NCBI GenBank assembly: GCA_963821325.1
Contig: CAWGDC010000004.1
Coordinates: 15,462-79,461, forward strand
Reading direction: 5' to 3'
Length of the DNA stretch: 64,000 nucleotides
From: an uncultured Actinomycetes bacterium
GTDB lineage: Bacteria; Actinomycetota; Acidimicrobiia; IMCC26256; PALSA-555
How positions within the stretch are numbered: position 1 is the first letter of the stretch; each line of letters begins with the position of its first letter. A model generated the notes under the pieces. The model saw nothing but the letters and a program-made list of their open reading frames with translations, did not search any database and was not told where the DNA came from. The translations under genes and the position numbers were made by a program. This document shows positions 42,103-52,505 of the stretch, piece after piece.

Positions 42103-44724
42103 GGCGCGGCGCTCGCGGCCGCGACGACGCCGCGGAAGCACGCGTCGGCGGCCGCGCTGGCCGTCGCGCGGGTCGTCGGGTCGGGGGCGACGACCGCCAT
42201 CTGGCGCAGCAGGTCGATGCACTGCTTGACGTGGCGGACGAAGTCGCCGCCGGCGAGCTCGTCGTCCTCGAGGATGTCGGTGAGGGACTCGCCGGCGACC
42301 CACTCGGCGATGTAGGCGGTGAACCCCGGATCCGGGGCGCGGGTTCCGGGGAGACCGGCGTCGTCCTCGGCGGCGGCGAGGGTCCGCCAGCGGGCTTCGA
42401 CGTGACCGGCCCGGTCGGCGACACGGCGGGTCGGCCAGCGCGGCGGCGGCGCGGCGACGTCGTCCCCGCGTCGCTCGTAGGTGAAGCACGACACCATCGC
42501 GGCGATCTCGGCCGCGGTGAGCCCGTCGAGCAGCCCCTCCCGCAGCGACTCGGCGACGAGCAGGTCGGTCTCGGTGTAGAGGCGGGCGAGGATCTCGCCC
42601 GCGTCGGTCAACGCCCAGCCGTCGAGGTAGCCCCACGCGGTGAGGACGTCGAGCACCCGGTCGAAGCGGCGGGCCAGGCTCTCGCTGCGACCGTGCGCTC
42701 GCCGCTCCAGGCGGGCGACCTCGCGGGCGAGCCGCTCGGTGCTCACCGCGGCGCGCACCCGCGCGTCGCGGGCGGGGTCGCGGCTCACCGGGTGCTCGGC
42801 GACCGCCGCCTCGAGCGCCGCCACCTGGTCGGAGGCGGCGCTCCGGTCACCGTCGTCCACGTCGACGCGGCGGAGCCGCAGCGCGGTCTCCCGCCGGAAG
42901 TTCGGGTTGCGCGGGGCGTACGGCTCGGGGAGGTCGACCCGGGCGATGGCGTGCGGCGCGGCACGGAAGTCGTCGGCGTCGAGGCGCACGAGGCCCCGCC
43001 CGACGGTGACGGCGAGCAGCCGGGGCCGTCCGCCGCGTCGCCGCTCGTGGGCCAGCACGGCGACGCGTCCGCCGCGTGCCGGGACGGACAGCACGTCGCC
43101 GGGCCGGAGCCGTTCGAGCGCCGCGGCGACGCGGGTGGTGGCGCCGCGGCCGCGGCGGGCCTCGTCGAGGCGGGCCAGCAGGTCGCGGTACTCGTCGATG
43201 TCGCCGTGCTCGCTGCGGGCCCGGTCGCGTTGGCGGTCGAGCTGCTCTCGGGCGCGCTCGAGCTGGCGCTCGAGGACGACGACGTCGCGGTCGGCTCGGT
43301 ACTGGGCGAACGACAGGTTCACCAGATGGTGCGCGTCGTCGGGCGAGTAGCGGCGCACCAGGTTGACCGCCATGTTGTAGGTGGGTCGGAACGACGAGCG
43401 GAGCGCGTCGGTGCGCCTCGACGCGAGGCCGGCGACCTGATCGAACGTGACCCACGGGCTCCAGCACACGACGGCGTAGCCGACGGCGTCGATGCCGCGC
43501 CGGCCGGCCCGGCCGGTCAGCTGCGTGTACTCGCCCGGCGTGAGGAACTCGTGGCGCTCGCCGGTGAACTTCGTGAGCCGCTCGATGACCACGGAGCGGG
43601 CCGGCATGTTGATGCCGAGCGCGAGCGTCTCGGTGGCGTACACGACCTTCACCAGCCCGGCGGCGAACGCCTCCTCGACCGCCTCCTTCATCGGCGGGAC
43701 CAGGCCGGCGTGATGGGCGGCGAGCCCGGCGGCGAGCCCCTCGCGCCACGCGGGCACGCCGAGCACCGCGAGGTCGGCGTCGGAGAGGTCCTCGAGGTGG
43801 GCGTCGGCGATGCGGCGGATCTCGGCCTGCTCCTCGCGGGTCGGTGAGCCGCGCGCCGGCCGCGTGCGCCTGCGCGACCGCCTGGTCGCAGCCGGCCCGG
43901 CTGAACACGAACACGATGGCGGGCAGCAGCCGCTCGCTCGGCGAGCAGGTCGACGACCTCGACCCGGTCGGGGGGACGGAGGCGGCGCTGCGCCCGGCCG
44001 GCCCCGCCGCGGGGCCCGCGTCGGCTGCTACGGCGGTCGAGCGCGCTCCGCCTCGGGGTTGGGACGCAGGTCGTCGCCGTCGCCGACGAAGGTCGGGCAG
44101 GAGGTGCAGCGCAGCGGCGCCCCGCTCGCCCGCCAGGTACAGGTGGTGCAGCGCGACCGGGCGGCGCTCCTCGATCACCGCCGTCGTCGCGCCCCGCACC
44201 GTCGCGATCCAGTCAGCGACCTCCTCGGCGTTCGAGACCGTCGCCGAGAGGCACACCAGGTCCACCGTCGGCGCGAGATGGACGATGACCTCCTCCCACA
44301 CCGCACCCCGGTAGCGGTCCTGCAGGTAGTGGACCTCGTCGAGCACGACGTAGCGCAGTCCCGCGAGCGCCGGCGCCGCGCCGTAGATCATGTTGCGCAG
44401 CACCTCGGTGGTCATGACCACCACCGGGGCGTCGCCGTTGACCGCGTTGTCACCCGTGAGCAGCCCGACCTGCTCGGCGCCGTGCAGGCGGCGCAGGTCG
44501 GCGAACTTCTGGTTCGACAGCGCCTTCAGCGGCGTCGTGTAGAAGACCTTCGCGCCCGCCGCCAGGGCACGGGCGACGGCGTACTCGGCGACGACGGTCT
44601 TGCCGGACCCGGTCGGTGCGGCGACGAGCACCGAGCGGCCCTCGTCGAGGGCGTCGAGGGCTCGGCGCTGGAAGTCGTCGAGAGCGAACCCGAGCGCGTC
44701 CTCGAACCGCGAGCGGGCGCTCAA
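42099..44724 (-). CDS. helY: Ski2-like DEAD/DEAH RNA helicase HelY (indels)
   Basis: APTGSGKT, TTPLKALSNQK, DEVH, LSAT, ATETLALGINMPA, GRAGRRG, GDFVR; TTG start overlaps upstream stop. Confidence 0.9.
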
Positions 44725-44957
44725 CTGCTGGGCGGGCTGCTCGGGGTGCTCGAGGCCGGGGCGGACGCCGACGGCCCGGTCGTCGAGACCGACGGCGGGA
44801 CGGTCCGCGTCGGGGTCGACGGGGCGGCGCTCGGGTGCGGGCCGAGCACCCACACCATCACGACGGTGAACGCCGTGAGCCCGACGGAGGCGGCGACGGC
44901 GATGATCACCTCGCGGCACGGGCGCGGGGGGTGGTACGTGGCGCGGCGGGGGCTCAT
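44721..44957 (-). CDS. Small single-TM hypothetical protein
   Basis: 78 aa, one TM, Pro/Thr/Ser tail; overlaps tatC stop and helY start. Confidence 0.6.
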   Translation of the reverse strand: MSPRRATYHPPRPCREVIIAVAASVGLTAFTVVMVWVLGPHPSAAPSTPTRTVPPSVSTTGPSASAPASSTPSSPPSS

Positions 44958-45706
44958 CGTTTCAGGATCCGGCCGATGATGATGCAGCCCTCATAGAAGA
45001 GGCACATGGGGATGGCCATGAAGAACAGAGAATAGGGGTCCTGGCTCGGGGTGATGATCGCCGCGAAGGCGAAGATCCCGACGATCGCCCAGCGGCGGCG
45101 CTTGCGCAGCCCTTTCGTGGTGATCACGTCCGCGAGGAGCAGGAACATGATCACGACGGGGAACTCGAACGCCAGCCCGAAGGCGACGATCATCAGCGCG
45201 ACGAGGGTCAGGTACTTGTCGGCGGTGAGCAGCGGCTGCAGCTCGGAGCCGCCCGCGTGCAGCAGCCAGCTGAGGGCCTTGGGCAGGATCAGCATCGCCA
45301 GCGTCCCACCGGCGGCGAAGAGGGCCAGCGAGCTGATGATGAACGGGACGGCGTAGCGCTTCTCGCGGGGGTTCAGTCCCGGGGTGATGAACCGCCACAG
45401 CTCCCAGAGCCAGATCGGGGTCGAGCCGATGAAGCCGGCGTAGGTCGCGACCTTCAGGCGGGTGACGAACCCGTCGATCGGGCCGGTGAAGATGAAGTGG
45501 TTCTCTTTCCCGTGGGTGACGTCCTTGTAGTAGTGGAGGAAGAAGCGGATGATGTCGGGCGCGAACCAGTAGGCGAGCGCCGCGGCGAACATGAACCCGA
45601 CCATCGAGATGATGATCCGGCGTCGCAGCTCGCTCAGATGCTCGATGACCGTCATCCGGCCCTCGTGGCGGCCGGCCTTCGGGTCGTCCTTCGTTTCGAG
45701 CGCCAC
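44954..45706 (-). CDS. tatC: Twin-arginine translocase subunit TatC
   Basis: EHL.ELRRR, W.FITPGL...EK, FEFP, AAIITP..DP. Confidence 0.96.
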   Translation of the reverse strand: MALETKDDPKAGRHEGRMTVIEHLSELRRRIIISMVGFMFAAALAYWFAPDIIRFFLHYYKDVTHGKENHFIFTGPIDGFVTRLKVATYAGFIGSTPIWLWELWRFITPGLNPREKRYAVPFIISSLALFAAGGTLAMLILPKALSWLLHAGGSELQPLLTADKYLTLVALMIVAFGLAFEFPVVIMFLLLADVITTKGLRKRRRWAIVGIFAFAAIITPSQDPYSLFFMAIPMCLFYEGCIIIGRILKR

Positions 45707-45713
45707 GGCTAGG

Positions 45714-45806
45714 TCAGGTGTCGCGTCCGTCGAGGCTCGGCTGGCGTCGGCGGGACCCGCACGGCGTCATGAGCACGTGAGGGGTCTCGGCTGAGCCGAG
45801 CGGCAC
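45714..45806 (-). pseudogene. 30-codon ORF with strong SD; possible tatA/tatB remnant or leader peptide
   Basis: GAAAGGAG 6 nt before GTG; MPLGSAETPHVLM...; stops 7 nt before tatC. Confidence 0.3.
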
Positions 45807-45910
45807 GACACGCTCCTTTCGCGCGGAGCCGAAATCGTACCGCCGGGGTCTGTCGGTCGGCTGGTCGGCCGTAGGGCAGGCGGTGTCGCCGTTGCACCGG
45901 TCCCACTGCG

Positions 45911-46036
45911 CTACGGGTCGTCGGGGCGCATGCCCTCCCGCCACGCCTGGCGCGTCTTCAGCGCGACGCGGCCGAGCAGTCCGACGATGGCGAAGAACAC
46001 CACGGCGACGATGATCACCTTCACCAGGGCGCCCAC
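45911..46036 (-). CDS. Small membrane protein (41 aa)
   Basis: MGALVKVIIVAVVFFAIVGLLGRV...; TACCCT -10 just upstream. Confidence 0.55.
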   Translation of the reverse strand: MGALVKVIIVAVVFFAIVGLLGRVALKTRQAWREGMRPDDP

Positions 46037-46112
46037 GGGGTGAGGGTATCCCGCGGGTCGCTCGGCGTCGGAGGTCCCGAGGACCCGATCGACCGGTCCG
46101 GCGAGGGTGTGG

Positions 46113-46463
46113 TCAGCGGGCGCGGCGATCGACGCCGGCCACGAGACCGTCGAGCTCGTCGTGCCAGGCGTCGCCGCGCAGGAGAAGATGGAAGTCGAGC
46201 AGGTCGTCGGTGGTGAAGGAGGGCCCGCTGCGGTGCTCGGCGAGCTCGCCGGGCCAGGTCCACTCGATGTGCCGACAGCCGGCCCGGATGAGCAGCTCGT
46301 AGACGTCGGGGCGCGCCGGGTGGTTGACCGCCATCCCGCAGCCGGCGCAGTGGAACGAGTAGGCACCGGATCCGTCGTCGGCGCACACCCGGACCGTGAC
46401 GTCTCCGGTCCCCAGGCGCACGACCCCGCACTCTGGACAATCTGCCTTAATGACTACCGCCAC
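46113..46463 (-). CDS. Conserved actinobacterial Zn-binding hypothetical protein
   Basis: IKADCPECG ... YSFHCAGC ... T.DDLLDFH.LL. Confidence 0.8.
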   Translation of the reverse strand: MAVVIKADCPECGVVRLGTGDVTVRVCADDGSGAYSFHCAGCGMAVNHPARPDVYELLIRAGCRHIEWTWPGELAEHRSGPSFTTDDLLDFHLLLRGDAWHDELDGLVAGVDRRAR

Positions 46464-46470
46464 ATTCCTG

Positions 46471-46499
46471 TTGTCGGCCCCCCGGGGGGGCCACTTGAG
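46471..46499 (-). promoter_or_regulatory. Putative sigma-28 (FliA/WhiG)-type promoter, leaderless
   Basis: CTCAAG-N15-GCCGACAA-N7-GTG. Confidence 0.6.
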
Positions 46500-46524
46500 G
46501 CTCGGCTTGGGCCAGGATTCGGCG

Positions 46525-47235
46525 GTGGCGCCGATCACGTTCGCGCACCGGGGGGCCCGGCTGCTCCACCCCGAGAACACCCTGCCGGCCTTCCGGGCCG
46601 GCCTGGAGCAGGGCGCCCGGGGCCTCGAGAGCGACGCCTGGCTCAGCGTCGACGGGGAGGTCGTGCTGACCCACGACGCCGGCGTCCGCGGTCCCCTGTA
46701 CGGCTGGTGGCGGCTGCAGGTCCACGACTCGAGCGCGGCGCGGCTCGCCCGCCACGGCGTCCCCCGCCTCCGGGACCTGTACACCGAGCTCGGCCACGAC
46801 TTCGACCTGTCGATCGACGTGAAGGACCCCGCCGCGGCGCGGCCGCTCATCGAGATCGCCCGCGACGTCGGGGTGCCGTCCCGCACGTGGCTGTGCTCCC
46901 CCGACCTCGAGGCGCTCCACGCGCTGCGTCCCGAGGCGCCCGACGTGCGCCTGGTGCACTCGACGCGGCGGCGGCGGCTCCCCCACTCGCTCGAGCGTCA
47001 CGCCGCGGACCTCGCCGACGCGGGGATCGACACGATGAACCTGCATCACAGCGAGTGGACGAAGGGTCTCGTCGCCCTCTATCACCGGTTCGGGGTCCGA
47101 GCGTTCGCGTGGGATGTCCAGGAGGTCCGGTACCTGCACGCGATGCTCGGCTACGGCATCGACGCCGTCTACTGCGACGACGTCCACCGCATGGTCGCGG
47201 TCGTCGCCGAATGGGGCGTCCCCGAACCGGACTGA
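46525..47235 (+). CDS. Glycerophosphodiester phosphodiesterase
   Basis: FAHRGA....ENT..AF, ESD...DG.VVL.HD. Confidence 0.9.
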   Translation: MAPITFAHRGARLLHPENTLPAFRAGLEQGARGLESDAWLSVDGEVVLTHDAGVRGPLYGWWRLQVHDSSAARLARHGVPRLRDLYTELGHDFDLSIDVKDPAAARPLIEIARDVGVPSRTWLCSPDLEALHALRPEAPDVRLVHSTRRRRLPHSLERHAADLADAGIDTMNLHHSEWTKGLVALYHRFGVRAFAWDVQEVRYLHAMLGYGIDAVYCDDVHRMVAVVAEWGVPEPD

Positions 47236-47248
47236 GCCGACCGCGCTG

Positions 47249-47962
47249 CTACATGAACGAGAGGCGGCCAAGCGGCCAGATGCGGATGAAGACGCGGCCG
47301 ACGACCGACGACTCGGGGATCGAGCCGAAGAACCGGGCGTCCTTCGATTCGGTGCGGTTGTCGCCGAGCACGAACAGCCGTCCCGGCGGCACGACGCAGC
47401 CGAAGTTGCCGTCCGCGGGACGGCCGCAGAACGGTGGGTCGCTCGTGAACGTCGTCGGGGTGTCCTTCGGCAGGTAGGGCTCGCTCAGGCGACGGCCGTT
47501 GATGTACACGTCGCCGTCGGGTCGGCCGGTGACCGTGTCGCCCGGCAGGCCGACGACCCGCTTCACGAGGTCCGAGATGCCGCCGCTCTGCGCGCTCTTC
47601 GGGGCGACGAACACGACGATGTCGCCGCGGTGCACGTCGTGGAAGTCGTAGCTCAGCTTGTTGACCAGCACCCGGTCACCGATCATCAGCGTCGGCTCCA
47701 TCGACCCGGACGGGATGTAGAACGCCTGGAAGAGGAACGTCTTGATGAGGAAGGCGATCGCCAGCGCCGCGGCGATCAGCACCACCCACTCGAGGAGCAT
47801 CCGCTTCGTGCGGCTCCCCCGCGACGGGACCGGACCCTCGGCAGCGCGCGGCGTGTCGGTCGGGGTCGTCGGCGGCTCGCCGCCCGACGAGGCAGGCCAG
47901 GTGTCCGTGGCGTCGTGGAGGGTCGGGGCCTCAGCATCCGACCCGGGCGGGCGGGTCGTCAC
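47249..47962 (-). CDS. lepB: Signal peptidase I
   Basis: IPSGSMEPTL, VKRVVGLPGD, LGDNR.ES.DAR. Confidence 0.95.
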   Translation of the reverse strand: MTTRPPGSDAEAPTLHDATDTWPASSGGEPPTTPTDTPRAAEGPVPSRGSRTKRMLLEWVVLIAAALAIAFLIKTFLFQAFYIPSGSMEPTLMIGDRVLVNKLSYDFHDVHRGDIVVFVAPKSAQSGGISDLVKRVVGLPGDTVTGRPDGDVYINGRRLSEPYLPKDTPTTFTSDPPFCGRPADGNFGCVVPPGRLFVLGDNRTESKDARFFGSIPESSVVGRVFIRIWPLGRLSFM

Positions 47963-48156
47963 GGACGCGGCTCCACCGCTTCATCCTTCCACGCCCACCC
48001 TCGCAGCCACGACGCGGGTCAGCAGGCCCGCGGGCGCATGGGGCGGCGCGTGCCGGCACCGAGGTGCCACGACGACACCGCGAGACCGGCGCGGGACGCC
48101 ACGAGCGTGCGACGCGCTCGCCGGTGACACCCGGGCGACCATCCGGGCGGTTGGGG

Positions 48157-49107
48157 TCAGGCGCGGGGCGCCTCGTAGCGGGCGAGGACGCGGCGGGCGA
48201 CGTCGGCTCGGGTCGCGGCGCCGTCGGGCGGGTCGAGGACCTGGGCGGAGGGTCCGAGCTGGAGGAGCAGCCGCTCGAGGAACGCCGGGCCGCTGACGGC
48301 CAGCACGACGTCCCAGCCACCGTCGTCGCGAGGGTGGGCTTCCTCGGTGGGAACGGTCTCGGCGACCCAGGCGGCGTCAGCGTCGAGACGCAGGCGGACC
48401 CGCGGGTCGCTCGGCGCGGGCCGGAACACGAGGTCGGCGAGGTCGTCGTCGTCCACCGGGCGCGGGTCGGCCCGTTCGCCGGTCGGGCGGGCGTCCTGGA
48501 TGCGGTCGACGCGGAACAGCCGGTCGGCACCCGCGCGGTGGCAGTACGCCGCGAGATACCAGGCGCCGACGGCGTGGAACGCCCGGATCGGGTCGACGAC
48601 CCGCGTCGTGAGCTCGTCGCGGGCGGCGGAGTAGTAGTCGAGCTCCAGCTGCTCGCCGTCGCGGGCCGCCGCGGTGAGCCGCTCGAGACGGTCGGTGCCG
48701 CCCACGTCGACGGTGAGGGCGCCGTGGGCGCCGAGCGCCTGCTCGAGCTTGGTGAGGGCGGTGGCGAGCGGGCCGGCGTCGTCGGAGCCGGGGACGGCGA
48801 GCAGCGTCCGTCCCGCGGCGAGGAGCGCGACCGCCTCCGACGAGGTCAGGCGCAGCGGACGCTCGAAGTACTCGGCGAGGCGGATGTCGACGGCGCCGTC
48901 GTCGCCGACGATGACGTCGATGAGCCGGTCGGCGCTGTACGGCGGGAGGCCGCACATCGGGAGCAGCTCGAGGTCGGCTTCGAGCTCCGTCTCGGGAACC
49001 TGGAAGCGCTGCGCGAGCTCGCCGATGGTCGTGCCGGGGTGGGCGAGGATCCACGGCACCAGGGCGAGCATGCGCCGCAGCCGCGACGCGGCGACGGGCG
49101 GGCTCAC
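48157..49107 (-). CDS. pafC: WYL-domain transcriptional activator PafC
   Basis: RL.RMLALVPWI, MCGLPPY, R.VDP, WYL, FRVDRI; downstream of pafA/pafB. Confidence 0.88.
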   Translation of the reverse strand: MSPPVAASRLRRMLALVPWILAHPGTTIGELAQRFQVPETELEADLELLPMCGLPPYSADRLIDVIVGDDGAVDIRLAEYFERPLRLTSSEAVALLAAGRTLLAVPGSDDAGPLATALTKLEQALGAHGALTVDVGGTDRLERLTAAARDGEQLELDYYSAARDELTTRVVDPIRAFHAVGAWYLAAYCHRAGADRLFRVDRIQDARPTGERADPRPVDDDDLADLVFRPAPSDPRVRLRLDADAAWVAETVPTEEAHPRDDGGWDVVLAVSGPAFLERLLLQLGPSAQVLDPPDGAATRADVARRVLARYEAPRA

Positions 49108-50033
49108 GGTGCGGCGACGATGGCGTGCAGCCAGTCGACGATGTCGTCGCGCAACGCCGGCGGGCCGACGACCTCGGCGTGGTCGAGCAGCCCGAGCACA
49201 AAGGAGCGGAACGCGGGCCGGTTCACGACGGCCAGCTCGACGACGACGCTGCCGTCGTCGTGACGCTCGGCCACCGCGGTCTCGCCGAGCTCGTCGACGA
49301 CGACCGCGGCGTGCGACGCCGTCGATCCAGCACCCGAGCGGTGACCGGCTCGTCGTCGCCGTAGGTGAGCGGGTCGGAGCGCAGCGCGCCCGCGGCGTCG
49401 AACCCGGCGGGCGGCTCGAACCCGTCCGGTGCCTCGAGGTGGGGTGGGCCGTCGAGGCGGTCCACGCGGAACGAGCGGACGGCGTCCTTGTCGCGGTCGC
49501 GGCCGACGACGTACCAGTGGCCGAGGCGGTGCAGCACCCCGTACGGGTCGAGGGCGCGTCGCTCGCCGCGGTAGTCGAAGGTCGATGGGGCGTCGTCGGG
49601 CGACGGCGTCGAAGAGCTCGGCGACGCCCTGCGTGGTCCCCAGCGCGGCGAGCGCGGTGGTCGGCGCGCCGTCGAAGCCGCCGAGCTTGCGCAGGCCCTC
49701 GCGGGCGTCGCCGCCCTCGAAGCGCACCGCGGTGACCGCCACCTGGAGCGCGGCGCGCTCCTCGGCGGTGAGCCCGGGGTCGGGCAGGTAGTAGTCCTCG
49801 GGGCGGATCCGGTAGCCGAGCTCGTTCGTCAGGGCGTCGACGGGCAGGGTGAGGACGGGCACGCCGAGGTTCAGCAGCGTCTCCTTGTCGCGCTGGAACG
49901 CGCGGCGGCGGGCCACCTTGTCGTCCGGGTAGGACGGCTCGAGCCGCTCGGCGAGCGCCTCGAGGGTCAACGGGCGTCGGGTGTCGAGCAGCGTCGCGGT
50001 GAGGTTCACGAGCCGCTCGAGCCGGTCGCTCAC
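49104..50033 (-). CDS. pafB: WYL-domain transcriptional activator PafB (indels)
   Basis: RLERLVNL..LL, RRAFQRDK, WYVVG.DRD, RSFRVDR. Confidence 0.88.
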   Translation of the reverse strand: MSDRLERLVNLTATLLDTRRPLTLEALAERLEPSYPDDKVARRRAFQRDKETLLNLGVPVLTLPVDALTNELGYRIRPEDYYLPDPGLTAEERAALQVAVTAVRFEGGDAREGLRKLGGFDGAPTTALAALGTTQGVAELFDAVARRRPIDLRLPRRATRPRPVRGAAPPRPLVRRRPRPRQGRRPLVPRGPPRRPTPPRGTGRVRAARRVRRRGRAALRPAHLRRRRAGHRSGAGSTASHAAVVVDELGETAVAERHDDGSVVVELAVVNRPAFRSFVLGLLDHAEVVGPPALRDDIVDWLHAIVAAP

Positions 50034-50069
50034 CGCCCCGCCCCGAGATCGCGCGTCGGCGGGGCGCCA

Positions 50070-51430
50070 CTACAGGGAGGCGATGAGACGCTCGACGCGC
50101 TCGTCGCGCGCCTTGAACGGGTCCTTGCACAGCACGGTGCGCTGCGCCTGGTCGTTCAGCTTCAGGTGGACCCAGTCGACGGTGTAGTCGCGCTTGCGTT
50201 CCTTCGCCCGCTTGATGAACGAGCCGCGCAGCCGGGCCCGCGTGGTCTGGGGTGGGGTCGACACCGCGGTGTCGATCGCCTCGTCGGTCGCGGTGCGGTC
50301 GACCTGCCCGCGCCGCTCGAGGAGGTAGTAGAGGGACCGGGAGCGGGTGACGTCGTGGTACGCGAGGTCGACGAGCGCGACGGTGGGGTGGGTGAGCGGC
50401 ACCTCGTGGCGCTCCCGGTACGCCTCGATGAGGTGGTACTTCACCACCCAGTCGATCTCGCTGGCGCAGCTTCAGCGGGTCGCTCTCGAGGTGGGTCATG
50501 ACGTGCTCCCACATCTCGAGGGCCTGCGCCTCGAGCGGGCTGAGCCCGCGCTTCTTCGCGAAGCGTTGCGCCCGGTTCAGGTACTCGGCCTGCACCTCGA
50601 CGGCGGACAGCTCCCGGCCGTTCGCGAGTCGGACCCGGCGGCGACACGTCATGTCGTGGCTGATCTCGCGGATGGCCCGGATCGGGTTCTCGAGGGTGAG
50701 GTCACGCCAGGGGCTCGGGTCTTCCTCGAGCATGCGCAGCAGGATCGAGCGTGGTGCCGACCTTCAGGAAGGTCGTGTACTCGCTCATGTTCGAGTCGCC
50801 GACGATGACGTGGAGGCGCCGGAAGCGCTCGGCGTCGGCGTGGGGCTCGTCGCGGGTGTTGATGATCGGCCGGGAGCGGGTGGTGGCGCTCGAGACGCCC
50901 TCCCAGATGTGCTCGGCCCGCTGGCTGATGCAGTACATCGCGCCCCGGGCGGTCTGGAGGACCTTCCCGGCCCCGGCGTAGACCTGGCGGGTCACGAGGA
51001 ACGGGATGAGCACGTCGGTGAACTTCGTGAAGTCGCCGTCACGCTCGACGAGGTAGTTCTCGTGGCAGCCGTACGAGTTGCCCGCCGAGTCGGTGTTGTT
51101 CTTGAAGAGGAAGACCTCGCCGCGGATGCCCTCCTCCCGGAGGCGCTGCTCGGCGCTGCGCACCAGCCCTTCGAGGATGCGCTCCCCCGCCTTGTCGTGC
51201 ACGACGAGGTCGGCGATCGAATCGCACTCAGGGGTGGCGTACTCGGGGTGGCTGCCGACGTCGAGGTAGAGGCGGGCGCCGTTCTCGAGGAACACGTTGC
51301 TGGAGCGGCCCCACGACACGACCCGGCGAAAGAGGTAGCGGGCGACCTCGTCGGGGCTCAGGCGCCGCTGGCCTCGCAGGGTGCAGGTGACGCCGTACTC
51401 GTTCTCCAGGCCGAAGATGCGGCGCTCCAC
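50070..51430 (-). CDS. pafA: Pup--protein ligase (indels)
   Basis: [45 protein letters not shown]. Confidence 0.96.
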
Positions 51431-51478
51431 CCGGCGAGCGTACCGGCCCCGGCCGGGCGGCTGGTCCCCTTGAACGGC

Positions 51479-52019
51479 CTAGCCGAACACGGTGACGACG
51501 GACTTGCAGGTCTTCTCCTTCTGGAAGGCCGTGAGCAGGTCCTGGTCGGTCACCTTGCTGAACGGGTCGCTGATCTTCGTCGACAGCGTCTCGATCGCCA
51601 CCATGAAGAGCGTGGGTGAGGCCGGGTTGCTCGGCTGGAGCTGCGCGCAGCGCGCCGGTGAGCGCCTGGTCGATCTCGGTGGCGTTCGTGACGAGCAGCC
51701 CCCCGATCTTCTTGCCGTTGTTGACGTCCGGGTACACGTTCTGCAGCGTCGTCTCGTCGGCCTTCACGGTCGTGAGCAGCGGGTTCGTGAGCGCCGTCGC
51801 CTGCGTGGCGTAGCCCGCCGGGTCGCTCGTGTCGAGGGCCGCGATGGAGCCCGCGTAGGTCGTGAGCTGGTTCTCCAGCTGGGAGTACACGCCGCACACC
51901 GTCTTGGCGTACTTGGCGGTGGACTGCTTGCGCGGCTTGGCCGACGCGGCTCCCGCCGTGCCGGCGACGAGCCCCGCCACCATGCCAACCACGATGATCC
52001 AACGCCCGATCCGATTCAT
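51479..52019 (-). CDS. Secreted hypothetical protein (indel near 51645)
   Basis: Signal peptide, Cys pair (KTVC ... KTCK); SD gggag. Confidence 0.7.
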
Positions 52020-52073
52020 GAACGCTCCCTCTCGGTGAACCCCCGTTGTACGGCATGGGGATCGTTGCCGGCT

Positions 52074-52090
52074 TGAGTAGCCGCTACTCA
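52074..52090. promoter_or_regulatory. Perfect palindrome between divergent genes (putative operator)
   Basis: TGAGTAGC-C-GCTACTCA. Confidence 0.45.
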
Positions 52091-52138
52091 GCCGGGGGCC
52101 GGGCGGCGGTGGGGCACGGCGTCCGGTCGTAGGATTCG

Positions 52139-52489
52139 GTGGCAGTGATCCAGATGACCCGCCTCACCTCGGTGAGCGGCTCGTTCTCGGCCCACCTCGT
52201 GGCCGCCCGGCTCCAGTCGGAGGGGATCGACGTCCAGCTGCGCGGCGCGGTCGACGGCCCCTACAGCCTCACCGTCGGGGACATGGCCCGGGTGGACGTG
52301 TTCGTCCTCGACGATCAGCTCGACGACGCGCGGCTGGTGATGCTCGCCACCGAGGTCGACCAGGTCCTCGCCGCACCCCGCGAATGGGCCGGTCCCCGCC
52401 GCCCGGCGCGACGCTGGCTGCTGTGGGTGGCGCTGACGCTGCTCGTGATGGCCGCGGTGACGCCCGTGCTGCGCTTCGTCGCGGGGTAG
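52139..52489 (+). CDS. DUF2007-like putative signal-transducing membrane protein
   Basis: A.LV.ARL.SEGI motif plus C-terminal TM. Confidence 0.75.
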   Translation: MAVIQMTRLTSVSGSFSAHLVAARLQSEGIDVQLRGAVDGPYSLTVGDMARVDVFVLDDQLDDARLVMLATEVDQVLAAPREWAGPRRPARRWLLWVALTLLVMAAVTPVLRFVAG

Positions 52490-52505
52490 GCGGCGCGTCG
52501 GGTCG

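Noticed and set aside
48157-50033. WYL proteins as an anti-phage or CRISPR-associated system
   Set aside because: Position after pafA and the motifs identify them as housekeeping PafB/PafC.
48157-50733. 858-aa apparent PafA-PafC fusion
   Set aside because: Artefact of indels linking frames; pafA, pafB and pafC have their own starts and stops.
7200-51650. Numerous frameshifts in ggt, coxD/E, gcvT, gcvP, thyX, helY, pafA, pafB and others, read as pseudogenes or programmed frameshifts
   Set aside because: They are scattered single-base indels in conserved genes, often in G/C runs, with no accompanying decay. This is typical of long-read consensus error.
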